Shown: piece by piece, positions 28,807-38,346 of the stretch | Layout of the letters: each line of letters starts with the position of its first letter | Position numbering within the stretch: the first letter of the stretch is position 1 | Assembly (NCBI GenBank): GCA_035403085.1 | Contig: DAONEM010000005.1 | Span: forward strand, 14,515 to 78,514 | Origin: Candidatus Aminicenantes bacterium | GTDB taxonomy: Bacteria > Acidobacteriota > Aminicenantia > JAMOAD01 | Direction of reading: 5' to 3' | DNA length: 64,000 nt | Program-made: the position numbers and the translations under genes | The notes under the pieces: generated by a model | What the model saw: only the letters and a program-made list of their open reading frames with translations | Databases searched by the model: none | Told to the model about the DNA's origin: nothing

Positions 28807-29637
28807 ATGTTCTTGAGACTCTTCGCAGGACTCTACAAGGCGGCCGACCTCTTCTTCGCCCTCATCGCCCCCCTTCCCCCCTGGGTCGGTGTCACCCTTT
28901 TCAGCCTCTTGACAGCCCTGTTGGTCCTGGGGGTGACAAGAACCGTCTCCTCGGCGAAGGCAATCAGGGAGAGAAAGAACAGGATCAAGGCGGAGATTCT
29001 CGCGATTCGCCTCTACGGCGAATTCCCTTCCGTTGTCGCCCTCTCTTTCCTGCGCAGTCTCGGTCATACGGCGGTCTACTTCTTCCTCAACCTCCGCCCT
29101 CTGGTCTTCCTTTTCCCCCTCCTCTTCCTCTTCTTCCTGCCCGCCGAGAGCCGTTACGGGAGGAGGGCTCTGGAAGTGGGCGAACGCACTGTGCTGAAGA
29201 TCAAGCTTCAACCCGGTGTGGACTGGGACAAACTCCAGGTGGTCCTTCCCGAGGGGGGAGGGCTTCGTCAGACGATCCCCCCGGTATTCATCCCGGCCCT
29301 TGACGAAGTGGATCAGGAGGTCGAAATCCTGAAGGCTCCCATGGAGGGCGCCATTTCGTTGAGAATCGGCGGTGGTGTCTACCGGAAGGGCCTTCTCGTC
29401 TCGACCCCCTTTGGATCCTATGTGGAAACCCGTTTCTGGAACCTTGCCCCCTCCTACTGGACTGATCCGGGGGAAGGGGCTCCAAGAGGGGATTCCCTGG
29501 TCAAGAGCGTCTCTCTCGACTACCCCTCTCACCGGATCTCCTTTCTGGGCTGGCGGGTCTCCTGGCTCCTGCTCTACCTCGTGGAGACTTTCCTCCTCGC
29601 CTGGTTTCTTAGAAAACCTTTCGGCGTCGAGTTCTAA
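28807..29637 (+). CDS. hypothetical membrane protein
   Basis: 276 aa; hydrophobic N-terminal and C-terminal segments; begins 2 nt after the preceding small ORF. Confidence 0.4.
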   Translation: MFLRLFAGLYKAADLFFALIAPLPPWVGVTLFSLLTALLVLGVTRTVSSAKAIRERKNRIKAEILAIRLYGEFPSVVALSFLRSLGHTAVYFFLNLRPLVFLFPLLFLFFLPAESRYGRRALEVGERTVLKIKLQPGVDWDKLQVVLPEGGGLRQTIPPVFIPALDEVDQEVEILKAPMEGAISLRIGGGVYRKGLLVSTPFGSYVETRFWNLAPSYWTDPGEGAPRGDSLVKSVSLDYPSHRISFLGWRVSWLLLYLVETFLLAWFLRKPFGVEF

Positions 29638-29696
29638 GGGCTTCCTCCCTTGTCAGGTCGGGGAGAAGTAGGCTAAAATAGGGGAACCCCCACCCT

Positions 29697-29725
29697 GAGA
29701 GAAGAAGTGCGCCCTTCTTCTCTCT
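29697..29725. other. perfect 11-bp stem / 7-nt loop hairpin (GAGAGAAGAAG-tgcgccc-CTTCTTCTCTC)
   Basis: Read directly from the intergenic gap 29638-29753. No U-tract follows. Confidence 0.5.
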
Positions 29726-29753
29726 GTGGAGAGGGGCAAAACGACCGGGAAGA

Positions 29754-31022
29754 ATGGTAAAGACTGGATTTCTCTTTCTTGTGTTTCTGCTTCTGAGCGC
29801 GTTCTTTTCCGCCTCAGAGACCGCTCTAACCACACTCAACAGGGACAGGCTTCTCTTCCTCTCCAGGAAGGGGTCCAAGAGGGCCAAGAACCTGGCCGCC
29901 TTCGTCGCCCACCCAGGGGATTTCCTGGCCACCATACTGATCGGGAACACCCTGGTGAACGCCGCTCTCGCCGCTTTGGCGACGATTCTCACCGATACCC
30001 TCCTGGGCGACCTGAAGGGTTCCCTCGCCCTCTCGACGCTCTCGGTCACACTGGTCATTCTGATCTTTGGGGAGATCACACCGAAGACCGTCGCCGCCCT
30101 CAACGGCGAGAGAATCTCTTTCCTCTTCTTCCCACTCCTGAGGTTCTGCCACATCCTCTTTCGGCCCCTGGGAAAGCTCTTGACAAGTTTTTCCAACTTT
30201 TTCCTCCGCAGGACCAAGGGGGGGACGAAGGTGGAACCGCCGAAGCTCAACGAAGATCTTCTCACCTACCTTGTAGAGAGCAAGAAGGTGGAGCTCGAAT
30301 CCGAAGAGAAGGAGAGGCTTTACCTGAGGTTTTTCTCTTTCTCCCGCAAGAGGGTTAAAGAGGCGATGGTCCAGCGTACCAGGACCGTCACTCTCCCCCT
30401 GGACTGCAAGAGGGACGAGGTTCTGGAGGTCATGAGGCGTCATGGGTTCTCCCGCTACCCGGTTTACCGGAGAGACCCCGACGATATCGTGGGCATTCTT
30501 CTCACCCGTCACTACCTCCAAGCCTCTCTGGAGGGGGGAGTCGAGAGTCTGGAAGGCTATGTTCACAAACCTCTCTTCCTCCCGGAGTCCACGCTTCTTC
30601 CCCACGCCCTGGAGAGGATCAGGACCGAGAGAAGCCATCTGGCCGTCGTTGTCGACGAATTCGGCAGTTTCGAGGGGATCGTCACCCTCGAGGACATTCT
30701 TGAGGAGCTCACAGGGGAGATTAGCGACGAAAAGGATCCGGGGATGCGGCCTCTCCTGAGGAAGGAGAAGAAGCGGTGGGTTCTTCCAGGGGATTTCGGC
30801 ACCGCGGCCTTCTACTTGGAGGTGGCCGGACGGGCTCCCGAGGAGGAGAGCGAGGACTTCGTCACCCTCGCGGGGTTCCTCCTGGACCGTTTGGGCCACA
30901 TACCGGAAGTCGGCGAAGAGGTTCGGGAAAAGGGCTTCCGCTTCTCGGTGCTGGAGATGGAGAGGCAGACGATCAAGTCAATTCTAGTGGAGATGGACAA
31001 TGAAGATTCTTGCGACCAATAA
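29754..31022 (+). CDS. hemolysin-family protein (CNNM/DUF21 TM domain + CBS pair + CorC_HlyC)
   Basis: N-terminal DUF21 TM region, two CBS modules, C-terminal transporter-associated domain; 422 aa. Confidence 0.8.
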   Translation: MVKTGFLFLVFLLLSAFFSASETALTTLNRDRLLFLSRKGSKRAKNLAAFVAHPGDFLATILIGNTLVNAALAALATILTDTLLGDLKGSLALSTLSVTLVILIFGEITPKTVAALNGERISFLFFPLLRFCHILFRPLGKLLTSFSNFFLRRTKGGTKVEPPKLNEDLLTYLVESKKVELESEEKERLYLRFFSFSRKRVKEAMVQRTRTVTLPLDCKRDEVLEVMRRHGFSRYPVYRRDPDDIVGILLTRHYLQASLEGGVESLEGYVHKPLFLPESTLLPHALERIRTERSHLAVVVDEFGSFEGIVTLEDILEELTGEISDEKDPGMRPLLRKEKKRWVLPGDFGTAAFYLEVAGRAPEEESEDFVTLAGFLLDRLGHIPEVGEEVREKGFRFSVLEMERQTIKSILVEMDNEDSCDQ

Positions 31023-31455
31023 AAAGGCTTACGGGGAGTACGAGATCCTCGAATCCCTCGAGGCGGGCATCGTCTTGACAGGACCGGAGGTGAAGTCCTC
31101 CCGGCGGGGAAGCTTCAACCTGAAGGACAGCTTCTGCAGGTTCAAGGCGGGAGAGGCCTTCCTGGTCAATTCGTATATCGCCCCTTACGTGCAGGCCTCA
31201 TACAACAACCTGGACCCCTCCAGGGATAGGAAGTTGCTCCTGAACCGACGGGAGATTCTCCGTTGGTTCTCCAAGGTGAAGGAGAAGGGGCTGACCGTTA
31301 TTCCCCTCAAGGTTTACCTCAACCCCAAGGGCCTCGTGAAGGTTGAGATCGCGCTGGCCAAAGGGAAGAGGGTTCACGAGAAGAAGGATAAGATCAAGGA
31401 GAAGGTTGAGCGCCGTGAGACCGATCGCTTCCTGAAGAGGGGCGGCCGGGAGTAG
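31000..31455 (+). CDS. smpB: SsrA-binding protein
   Basis: MKILATNKKAYGEYEILE...GIVLTGPEVKS canonical SmpB N-terminus; 151 aa. Confidence 0.9.
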   Translation: MKILATNKKAYGEYEILESLEAGIVLTGPEVKSSRRGSFNLKDSFCRFKAGEAFLVNSYIAPYVQASYNNLDPSRDRKLLLNRREILRWFSKVKEKGLTVIPLKVYLNPKGLVKVEIALAKGKRVHEKKDKIKEKVERRETDRFLKRGGRE

Positions 31456-31456
31456 A

Positions 31457-31861
31457 ATGCTTCTCCTTCGCCTGAAACGGTTCCTGTTGAAGAGGCTCTT
31501 GGCCCTTCCAGAGCCGAACGGGCGAAGAACCGGGCGGCTGGGGGAACTCTTCGCCCTCATGACGCTTAGGCTTGAGGGGTACCGCATCCTGGAAACAAAC
31601 CGGCATCTCTCCTTTGCCGAGGCGGACATCGTTGCCGAAAGGAACGGGGAGATCGTGGTCGTGGAGGTGAAGGTTCGTCGAGGAGGGGTCTACGGCGATG
31701 CCAGGGACTCTCTCTCGGCCAAGAAGATCGAGCGGCTGAGGAAACTGGCCCTCTTCTGGAGTGAAGGAGAACAGAGGAACGCCCGCCCTCTCCTCTTCGC
31801 GATCGATGTGAAGGGATCGAAAGTGTGTTATAGTATTTTGGAGGTCTTGGAATATGGCTGA
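31457..31861 (+). CDS. yraN: YraN family (UPF0102) predicted PD-(D/E)xK endonuclease
   Basis: Pattern ...FAEADIVAERNGEIVVVEVKVRRG. Starts 2 nt after smpB. Confidence 0.7.
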   Translation: MLLLRLKRFLLKRLLALPEPNGRRTGRLGELFALMTLRLEGYRILETNRHLSFAEADIVAERNGEIVVVEVKVRRGGVYGDARDSLSAKKIERLRKLALFWSEGEQRNARPLLFAIDVKGSKVCYSILEVLEYG

Positions 31862-34115
31862 GTCCGGAAAACCGCTGGAAGCGTTGTTTGCCCGTTCCCA
31901 AGACTTCAACGATCTGGACTTTCGGCTTCTCCTCGAACAGCTTCTCAAGAGGGGGGGGAAAGAGATCGAGGACGGCGTAGCCCTCTCCTTGGTGAACGGC
32001 TCCCTCTCCCTGCGGATACGGATGAACCTGATTCGTGTCACCGGCTATGTTCAGAGGAGCCTCTTCCTGGTGAACCTGAAGAGGGTCCTGGAGAACGAGA
32101 ACAACCCCTCTCTGGTCAAGGAGTCCATCCTGGCCGTCTCCAAATACAACGACCGTAGGGCCCTGAACATTCTGAGCAGCGCCCTCTCCCGGATCAAGGA
32201 CCCCTCCCTGGAGGGGATCATCAGGACCGAAATGGCCAGGATCAAGGACAACAACCCTCTGCTGGCCCTTATGCCCCGTTTCCTCGAGGGAAAGGCGAAG
32301 ATGAAGAACTTCCGGACCACCGTGGAGATCTTGAAGAAGGTCTTGTCCCCCGCGGACTGTCGCACCTTCCTCCCCTTCCTCAAGGGGCAGGAACCGACTC
32401 TTGCGTACGGGGCCTTCGAGGTTCTCTGCTACCGGGGGGACGAGGGTCACTTCCCTTCTCTCCGGGCCTTCTATCAGGAGAAGGCCGGCCTCTTCATCGA
32501 AGGGCATCGGGAGGAGACGGAGCTCTTCTACGTGGCCTCCGGCGCATGGGAGAACTATGTGGAGCGTTTTCACAAGATCGCCTCCGAGATCCTGTCGGAG
32601 ACCATCGATCTCTTCCAGCGTATCGAGGAGACCCGGATTCGGGAGCACCTTCTCGGGATCATCGCCGCCGAAGAGAAGGGGGTCCTCTTCCTTGGACAGG
32701 TTTACAAAGAGAGGGAAGAGCTCCGGGCGGTTTGCCGGGAGAAGCTCTCTTCCTCCGAGGAGGGGGCCGAGATTCTTCTCTCCTCTTATGGAGAAGACCC
32801 GAAACCGGAGACTACGGCGGCCCTGCTTAAGAGCGAAAAGGGGCGTAACCACTTCCTCGCCCTCTGGAACGAACTCCCCCTAGAGGAGAAAGAGAGGCTT
32901 CTCGCTCTCCTGAGAGAGGAGAGCTACGAAGATTTCCGCGAGAGGGTCTATGAGGCTCTCGTCGCTCCCAACGTGAACCTCCAGAAGCAGGCTCTCCAGA
33001 CGGTCCTCTCCTTCCGGGACCTCGGAGCCGAGGCGACTCTTCTCGACCCCGCCAAGAGGGGGTGTTTCGGGACGCTGGAGAGGGAGTACATCAACCTTGT
33101 TTCCGAGCTCTTTCCCTCGAGGCTTATCAACCTTGCCGTGGAAGAGGCGGGACAGAGTGGAGAGTTCTCCGCCTCCCGGTTCAGGCTTATCTGGGAGAAG
33201 ATCGCCCTCTTCGGTCAGTGGGAGCCACTGCTCCGGTGGGAGAACAGGGACAGCTTCCTGACCCTTACCGAGAAGGTGGCGAAGTTGGGTGCCCCCGATA
33301 TCGGCGTTCCCTTCATTCAGGCCTACAGTAGGCTGAAAACCATCAGCCCCGCCACCTTTGCCATCCTTCAGAAGGGGTGGACCACTTTTCTCTCCCTGCG
33401 AAAGGAGGAGATCTCCGACGAGGAGAGGGCGGAGGTGCCTAAGGCCGAAGAGAACCTCGAGGCCTTGGGAAGGCTCCTCAACCCTCTGGAAGAACCGGTG
33501 AAGTCAGCCCTCTACATCCTCCAGAAGGAGACCCTTGACCCTGCAGCCCTCAGGGCCTTTTGGGAAACGAACCCTCTGGCCTTTGCCCTGCTCAGGGAGC
33601 GAATCTGTGAGAGGGTCAAGAACGCGCTTCTTTCAACAGACGCTCCGGAACAGACCCTCGCGGTCTTGGGGGTCTTAGGCCTCTCCCCTCTCTTCTCCTC
33701 CTACTTTGCCAAGGAGATCGAAGAGTTGAGTCGTTCCGAGAAGTACCTTGTTAAGAGTGAGGCGGAACGCCTTCTTTCAAGGATGTCTAAGGAGAGGCTC
33801 ATCCTGGTAGAGACCGAGGATCCGAAGCTTAAGTGGACCGTGGAGGCCCAGATTCGGGAACTCCTGCCGGACTTCAAGATCATCTCCAACCTGAACCAGG
33901 GGGAGCCCGCGCAGGTTTTGGCCGATCACGAGAATCTCCGCCGAGAGAGCGCCCTTCAAGGGGGACCCTGGGGGGTGACCGCGTTCCTGAAGGATCCCAC
34001 CGAGCACGGGGAACTCCAGGGTGAAGGCTCTGTCCGTGCTTTCCTCCCCCCCTACAGTATGGCCAAGATCTTCTACCCCCTCTTTAAGGACCTTTTCCCA
34101 TGGCGCAGATCCTAA
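31854..34115 (+). CDS. large uncharacterised alpha-helical protein (753 aa)
   Basis: Long Leu/Glu/Arg-rich ORF; no recognisable catalytic motif. Overlaps yraN by 8 nt and mutL by 16 nt. Confidence 0.5.
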   Translation: MAESGKPLEALFARSQDFNDLDFRLLLEQLLKRGGKEIEDGVALSLVNGSLSLRIRMNLIRVTGYVQRSLFLVNLKRVLENENNPSLVKESILAVSKYNDRRALNILSSALSRIKDPSLEGIIRTEMARIKDNNPLLALMPRFLEGKAKMKNFRTTVEILKKVLSPADCRTFLPFLKGQEPTLAYGAFEVLCYRGDEGHFPSLRAFYQEKAGLFIEGHREETELFYVASGAWENYVERFHKIASEILSETIDLFQRIEETRIREHLLGIIAAEEKGVLFLGQVYKEREELRAVCREKLSSSEEGAEILLSSYGEDPKPETTAALLKSEKGRNHFLALWNELPLEEKERLLALLREESYEDFRERVYEALVAPNVNLQKQALQTVLSFRDLGAEATLLDPAKRGCFGTLEREYINLVSELFPSRLINLAVEEAGQSGEFSASRFRLIWEKIALFGQWEPLLRWENRDSFLTLTEKVAKLGAPDIGVPFIQAYSRLKTISPATFAILQKGWTTFLSLRKEEISDEERAEVPKAEENLEALGRLLNPLEEPVKSALYILQKETLDPAALRAFWETNPLAFALLRERICERVKNALLSTDAPEQTLAVLGVLGLSPLFSSYFAKEIEELSRSEKYLVKSEAERLLSRMSKERLILVETEDPKLKWTVEAQIRELLPDFKIISNLNQGEPAQVLADHENLRRESALQGGPWGVTAFLKDPTEHGELQGEGSVRAFLPPYSMAKIFYPLFKDLFPWRRS

Positions 34116-35821
34116 AACTGCCTCCGGAGATCGCCGGCAAGATCGCGGCCGGGGAGGTGATCGAAAACCCCCTCTCCGTGGTGAAGGAGTTGGTGGAAAA
34201 CTCCTTGGACGCCGGAGCGGAGAGGGTGGAGGTGCGCCTCGAAGAGGGGGGGCGACGGCTGATCGAGGTGAAGGACGATGGAGAGGGGATGGCTCCGGAA
34301 GAGCTCTCTTTGGCCGTCGAGCGTCACGCGACCTCCAAGATCAGGGAGGTGGAGGATTTGGAAACAGTGGCCACCCTGGGGTTCCGGGGAGAGGCCTTGG
34401 CGAGCGTTGCGGAGATCTCCCGGCTCTCCCTCCTCTCCACCAAGAGGGGAAACTCCTCCTGTTACGGGATAGAGGTGGAGGGGGGACACCTCTTGAAGGG
34501 GCCTGAGGAGCAGCCCTTCATGAGAGGGACCCGGCTTCGGGTGGAGGATCTCTTCTACAACCTTCCCGCCAGACGCCACTTCCTCCGGAGCATCGCCACC
34601 GAGGGCAGGAGCGTCAGCTCCTTTCTTCGCAGCATGGCCCTTGCCTACCCGACCGTGGGATTCTCCCTCCATTCGGATGGTCGGGAGGTCTTCTTCTACG
34701 AACCGGTGGAGGATCCGGGAAACCGCTTCTTCCAAGTTTATGGGAGGGAACCCTGGTACCGCTTCTTCCGTCCCCACCAAGACGAAAGGGGGAACTTGGG
34801 CCTGGAGGGGTTTTTCCTGAAGCCCGGCCTGGAAGAGGAGAGACGGCTTCCCCAGGTACTCTTCGTTAACCGAAGGCTGGTTCGTGAGAAGTGCTCGATA
34901 CAGGCGGTCTACTCGGCCTATGAAACCTTCTTGAAAAAGGGGGTGAAACCCGGATATGTTCTCTTCCTCTCGGTTCCCCACTCCCAAGTGGAAGTGAACA
35001 TCCACCCGACCAAGGCGGAGGTGAAATTTCGCGAGACCGACAGGATCTTCTCGTTCCTACGCTCCTCTCTCAGACTCTTCCTGGAGGGAAGGGCGGCGGA
35101 GGGAATCAGCCCTGAAGAGGCTTCGGCCGAAAGTTTCACCCCCTCTCTCTCTAAACCGCTCTCTTCCTCTGGTTCTGGGAGCCTTGGCTATCGGGAACCT
35201 TCCCCGCGGGAGGGAGAAGAGACGCGCTCCCCGAAGGGGCAGGGGCCTGAACCCTCCCTCTTTCCCTCACCGGGTCCACTCTTTCGGGTGATTGGTCAGT
35301 ACCGGGAGAGCTACATCCTCATCGAGAAAGGGGGAGACCTGGTTGTGGTCGATCAGCACAACGCCGACGAGAGAGTCCGCTACGACAGACTCTCCAACGG
35401 CGAGGGGAGAAGCGAGAAGAGGAGCCCCCTCTTCCCCATCATCCTGGAGGTGGACGGTTGCGAGGACCGGGAGGAGAGGCTCGCCAAGTTGGAACCCTGG
35501 GGGTGGGAGGTGGAGGCTTGGGGGGAGAGGAGCGTCGTGGTCAAGGCTTTTCCCGTGGAGATGGACCCCGCAGGGGTGGGGGAGTTCCTCCGGGAGTACC
35601 TGGAGGGGGACGGTAAGGGAGAGGCGCCGAGGGAGGATCTGCTGAAAATGATGGCCTGCAAAGGGGCCATCAAGGTCAACCACCCCTTGACCCTTCAGGA
35701 GATGGAGAACCTTGTGGGGTCGCTCTTGGTGAGCTCCAACCCCCTCTTCTGTCCCCACGGCCGACCGATTCTCTTCACCCTTTCCGAAGAGGATGTCCGT
35801 CGTCCCCTCCAGAGGAAGTAA
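34100..35821 (+). CDS. mutL: DNA mismatch repair protein MutL
   Basis: GHKL ATPase N-terminus (IAAGEVIENPLSVVKELVENSLDAG) and C-terminal dimerisation domain. Confidence 0.9.
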   Translation: MAQILKLPPEIAGKIAAGEVIENPLSVVKELVENSLDAGAERVEVRLEEGGRRLIEVKDDGEGMAPEELSLAVERHATSKIREVEDLETVATLGFRGEALASVAEISRLSLLSTKRGNSSCYGIEVEGGHLLKGPEEQPFMRGTRLRVEDLFYNLPARRHFLRSIATEGRSVSSFLRSMALAYPTVGFSLHSDGREVFFYEPVEDPGNRFFQVYGREPWYRFFRPHQDERGNLGLEGFFLKPGLEEERRLPQVLFVNRRLVREKCSIQAVYSAYETFLKKGVKPGYVLFLSVPHSQVEVNIHPTKAEVKFRETDRIFSFLRSSLRLFLEGRAAEGISPEEASAESFTPSLSKPLSSSGSGSLGYREPSPREGEETRSPKGQGPEPSLFPSPGPLFRVIGQYRESYILIEKGGDLVVVDQHNADERVRYDRLSNGEGRSEKRSPLFPIILEVDGCEDREERLAKLEPWGWEVEAWGERSVVVKAFPVEMDPAGVGEFLREYLEGDGKGEAPREDLLKMMACKGAIKVNHPLTLQEMENLVGSLLVSSNPLFCPHGRPILFTLSEEDVRRPLQRK

Positions 35822-37505
35822 CCCCTTGCAGAGAGGAGACCCTCTCCTCTAAGGCGAACCGCTTCCCCCGTCTCTCCCCTTCCTCCCCGGAGAGGTACTC
35901 GTCGCTTCTACTCCAGAGGGAGAAGAACTCCCGGAAAGCCTGGAAAAACTCTTGATTCTTTAAAGCCGCGAGGAGAGCCTCGGAGCGTTGGGGGTCGACG
36001 GCGAGGGAGAGGAGGGAATCCGCCGGTTCTTCTCTCTCCACGACGGGGTAGGAGAGCAGGGGCGGTGTTGTCTCCAAGAGGGCCTTGAGGCGTATGCGGG
36101 GCTCCGGCAGGGAGATCCGATTGCGGTAGGCCTCGGTGTAGGGGTAGGGGATGAGGTAGGGGCTCGTGGGGAGGAGGTGAAACCGGGGGAACCTTGTGGA
36201 GAGCTCCCAGAGGAGAAAGAACTCCTGCCAGAACTCGTCCCATGTGGAGTCCCCGTCTAGGATGATCCAATAGTGGTAGTGGTCGACCCCTAGGTCCTCT
36301 GCCATCTTCCCTAACTCTTCGAAGAAGGCCTTGGGAACGGGTCTCTTTCCCAACCGCTCCTCTCTTCGAGGGAGAAAGGCATCCGTGCCGATCCAAAAGA
36401 GGGGGGAACCGAGGAAAAAGACGGGGTCGCTCAGGGTTTCGAAGAGGTCCCGCCGCAGGGTCCCCCTCCCCGTCGAGAGGGCTCCCAAGGAGGTCTGGAG
36501 GCCGTGGACCCTGTATCCCTTCTTGGAAAGAGTCTTCAAGAGGGGAAGGGCGACTTTCGGGGAGGCGGGAAGGTCGTCGTCGTTGATGTTTACGGAGAGG
36601 GCCTGTCGGGTTGGGGAGATCTTCCGGAGCTCCAGCTCGTTCCGGTGGTCTTCGAGGAGGCGTTCTAAGGCCTCCGGGGAGGTGGAGCGGATTCTTCGGC
36701 CGTGAACATGGGAACAGAAACGGCAGCGGCCGATACACCCACGGGAGAGGTTCAGCTCCAGACCCAGCGCGAGGGCCCGATCGTCGAGAAGGGAAAAATC
36801 CAGGGGAGCGTCCAGATTCTCGGCAAGGTTGACCTTGTCCAAGGAGGCCAGGAGAAAGAGCCCCTTATCACGGAAGAGGAGCCCCTCCCAGGATAAGCTT
36901 CTCTCCAGGAGCGCTTCCGCGCTCAGGGTCCGCCATCGGACCATCTCCTTCAGGAGGGGGCCGATCCGCCCCTCCCCTTCGCCCCGGTAGAGAAAGTTGA
37001 GCTGGGGAAGGTGGACGGCTGTGGCCAGGGGAGCCAGGGAGGGGAGGGGACCTCCCGCACCGAGGAGCCCCGGGTAGCTTGCCCGGATACTCTTGAGCCG
37101 TGGAAGGATGGAGGGAAGGAAGTCGTCGTAGAGGGTAAACCCCCAGACTTCGGCCTCAGGAGGGCGGGGAAGGGCTCCTTCCAAGGGGAGTAGGGAGAGA
37201 GAGCTTTCGAGCCCCTCCCTCCGGCACTCACCGGCCAGGATCAGAGGCGCTGGAGGAACGGGAAGGCTCTCCCAACGGGTATCTTGGGGGGAGTAAAAGG
37301 TGGAAAAGTGGGTGGAGGGAGAGGAGAGAGGGGGGGGAGAGGAGGGAACCTCCTTGACCGGAAGCTCTTCCCAGAGGAAGGAGGTCTCCGGTGTCGGGAG
37401 GGAGAGGAAGTCCCGTCCCCGAATCCTGAGGCGGGAGGGGGTCCCATCCCCTCCGATGAGCCCGCCGGCGAACTCTCCCTTCCGCCGAAGGGAGAGGATA
37501 TCCAT
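35775..37505 (-). CDS. radical SAM protein with N-terminal B12-binding-like region
   Basis: CxxxCxxC motif (CIGRCRFC) about 270 aa from the chosen start at MDILSL (cat 37503-37505). ~577 aa. The longer ORF to 37826 would overlap the upstream gene. Confidence 0.55.
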   Translation of the reverse strand: MDILSLRRKGEFAGGLIGGDGTPSRLRIRGRDFLSLPTPETSFLWEELPVKEVPSSPPPLSSPSTHFSTFYSPQDTRWESLPVPPAPLILAGECRREGLESSLSLLPLEGALPRPPEAEVWGFTLYDDFLPSILPRLKSIRASYPGLLGAGGPLPSLAPLATAVHLPQLNFLYRGEGEGRIGPLLKEMVRWRTLSAEALLERSLSWEGLLFRDKGLFLLASLDKVNLAENLDAPLDFSLLDDRALALGLELNLSRGCIGRCRFCSHVHGRRIRSTSPEALERLLEDHRNELELRKISPTRQALSVNINDDDLPASPKVALPLLKTLSKKGYRVHGLQTSLGALSTGRGTLRRDLFETLSDPVFFLGSPLFWIGTDAFLPRREERLGKRPVPKAFFEELGKMAEDLGVDHYHYWIILDGDSTWDEFWQEFFLLWELSTRFPRFHLLPTSPYLIPYPYTEAYRNRISLPEPRIRLKALLETTPPLLSYPVVEREEPADSLLSLAVDPQRSEALLAALKNQEFFQAFREFFSLWSRSDEYLSGEEGERRGKRFALEERVSSLQGVTSSGGDDGHPLRKG

Positions 37506-37588
37506 GAGCAGATCTTCACACCGTTTTTGGGCGATTTCGCCGAAGAAGAGCCAGTGGCCCTTCCAGAGAAGAGAATCCGCGGGGGGTG

Positions 37589-38320
37589 TCAAAGGCGAAA
37601 CCTGATGGTCACCGGACCGTCGCCGGTTCCCTTGAGGGTCTTCAGGTAAGCGGAGATGACGTTTCTCAGAGCGTTTCCGGTAAAACCGTTCAGACTCAGC
37701 CTCTGGTTGCCGACCTGAACTGAGATCTCCTGGGACGAGTCGTTGACGCACTCCTTCGGTGAGGCCTTCCCGGCGACAATCTCTCGGGCCAGGGCGCGGC
37801 AACTCTTCTTTCCGCAACCCCCGCAATCGAAGCCGGGGAGGAGAAAACCAGAGGTTAAGAGACGGGCCGTCAATTCGGGAATCTCCTGTGGCCCGAAGAG
37901 GGTGACTCCGGGGATTTCCATGGGGGAGAGGGAGAAACAGGCCAGCTCAAGGCCAGTGGATAGCTCTTCCCACTCTTGAGGGCTGCGGAGGCAAAGGATT
38001 CTCGGAAGCCGGAAAACCTCTTTGAACCCCTCTAGGAGGAGGAGATCGCCCTCCACCTCCTCAGGGTAGGTGGGTAGAGGGAGGAGCTTGTGGGTGAGGA
38101 GAGCCGAGCCCTCACGAAAGAGTCCCTCCACAGTGGAGGCGTGGGGGAAGAGGCGCATGGTGTCTTCCATCCCTGAAGGAAGGGGCTCTTGGCTGTGCTT
38201 GATCACGTGGGGCCGAAGGTGGGGCGAATCCCTGTGAAGGGTCTCCAGAATGCCCTCTAGAAGAAGGGTTTTCCCGCTCTTCTTGTAACCCACGACGGCG
38301 ACGGCCGGGAAGGGGATCAT
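37589..38320 (-). CDS. MobB-like P-loop NTPase with C-terminal Cys-rich (CGGC-type) domain
   Basis: Walker A VVGYKKSGKT and VIKH motif as in MobB; C-terminal DCGGCGKKSC...ECV cysteine cluster. Confidence 0.5.
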   Translation of the reverse strand: MIPFPAVAVVGYKKSGKTLLLEGILETLHRDSPHLRPHVIKHSQEPLPSGMEDTMRLFPHASTVEGLFREGSALLTHKLLPLPTYPEEVEGDLLLLEGFKEVFRLPRILCLRSPQEWEELSTGLELACFSLSPMEIPGVTLFGPQEIPELTARLLTSGFLLPGFDCGGCGKKSCRALAREIVAGKASPKECVNDSSQEISVQVGNQRLSLNGFTGNALRNVISAYLKTLKGTGDGPVTIRFRL

Positions 38321-38346
38321 CTTTCACCTCCGAAAATAAGGAAACC

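Noticed and set aside
37506-37826. Upstream extension of the radical SAM ORF to 37826
   Set aside because: Would overlap the co-directional MobB-like gene in another frame; extension is Arg/Pro-rich; internal Met at 37505 gives a sensible start.
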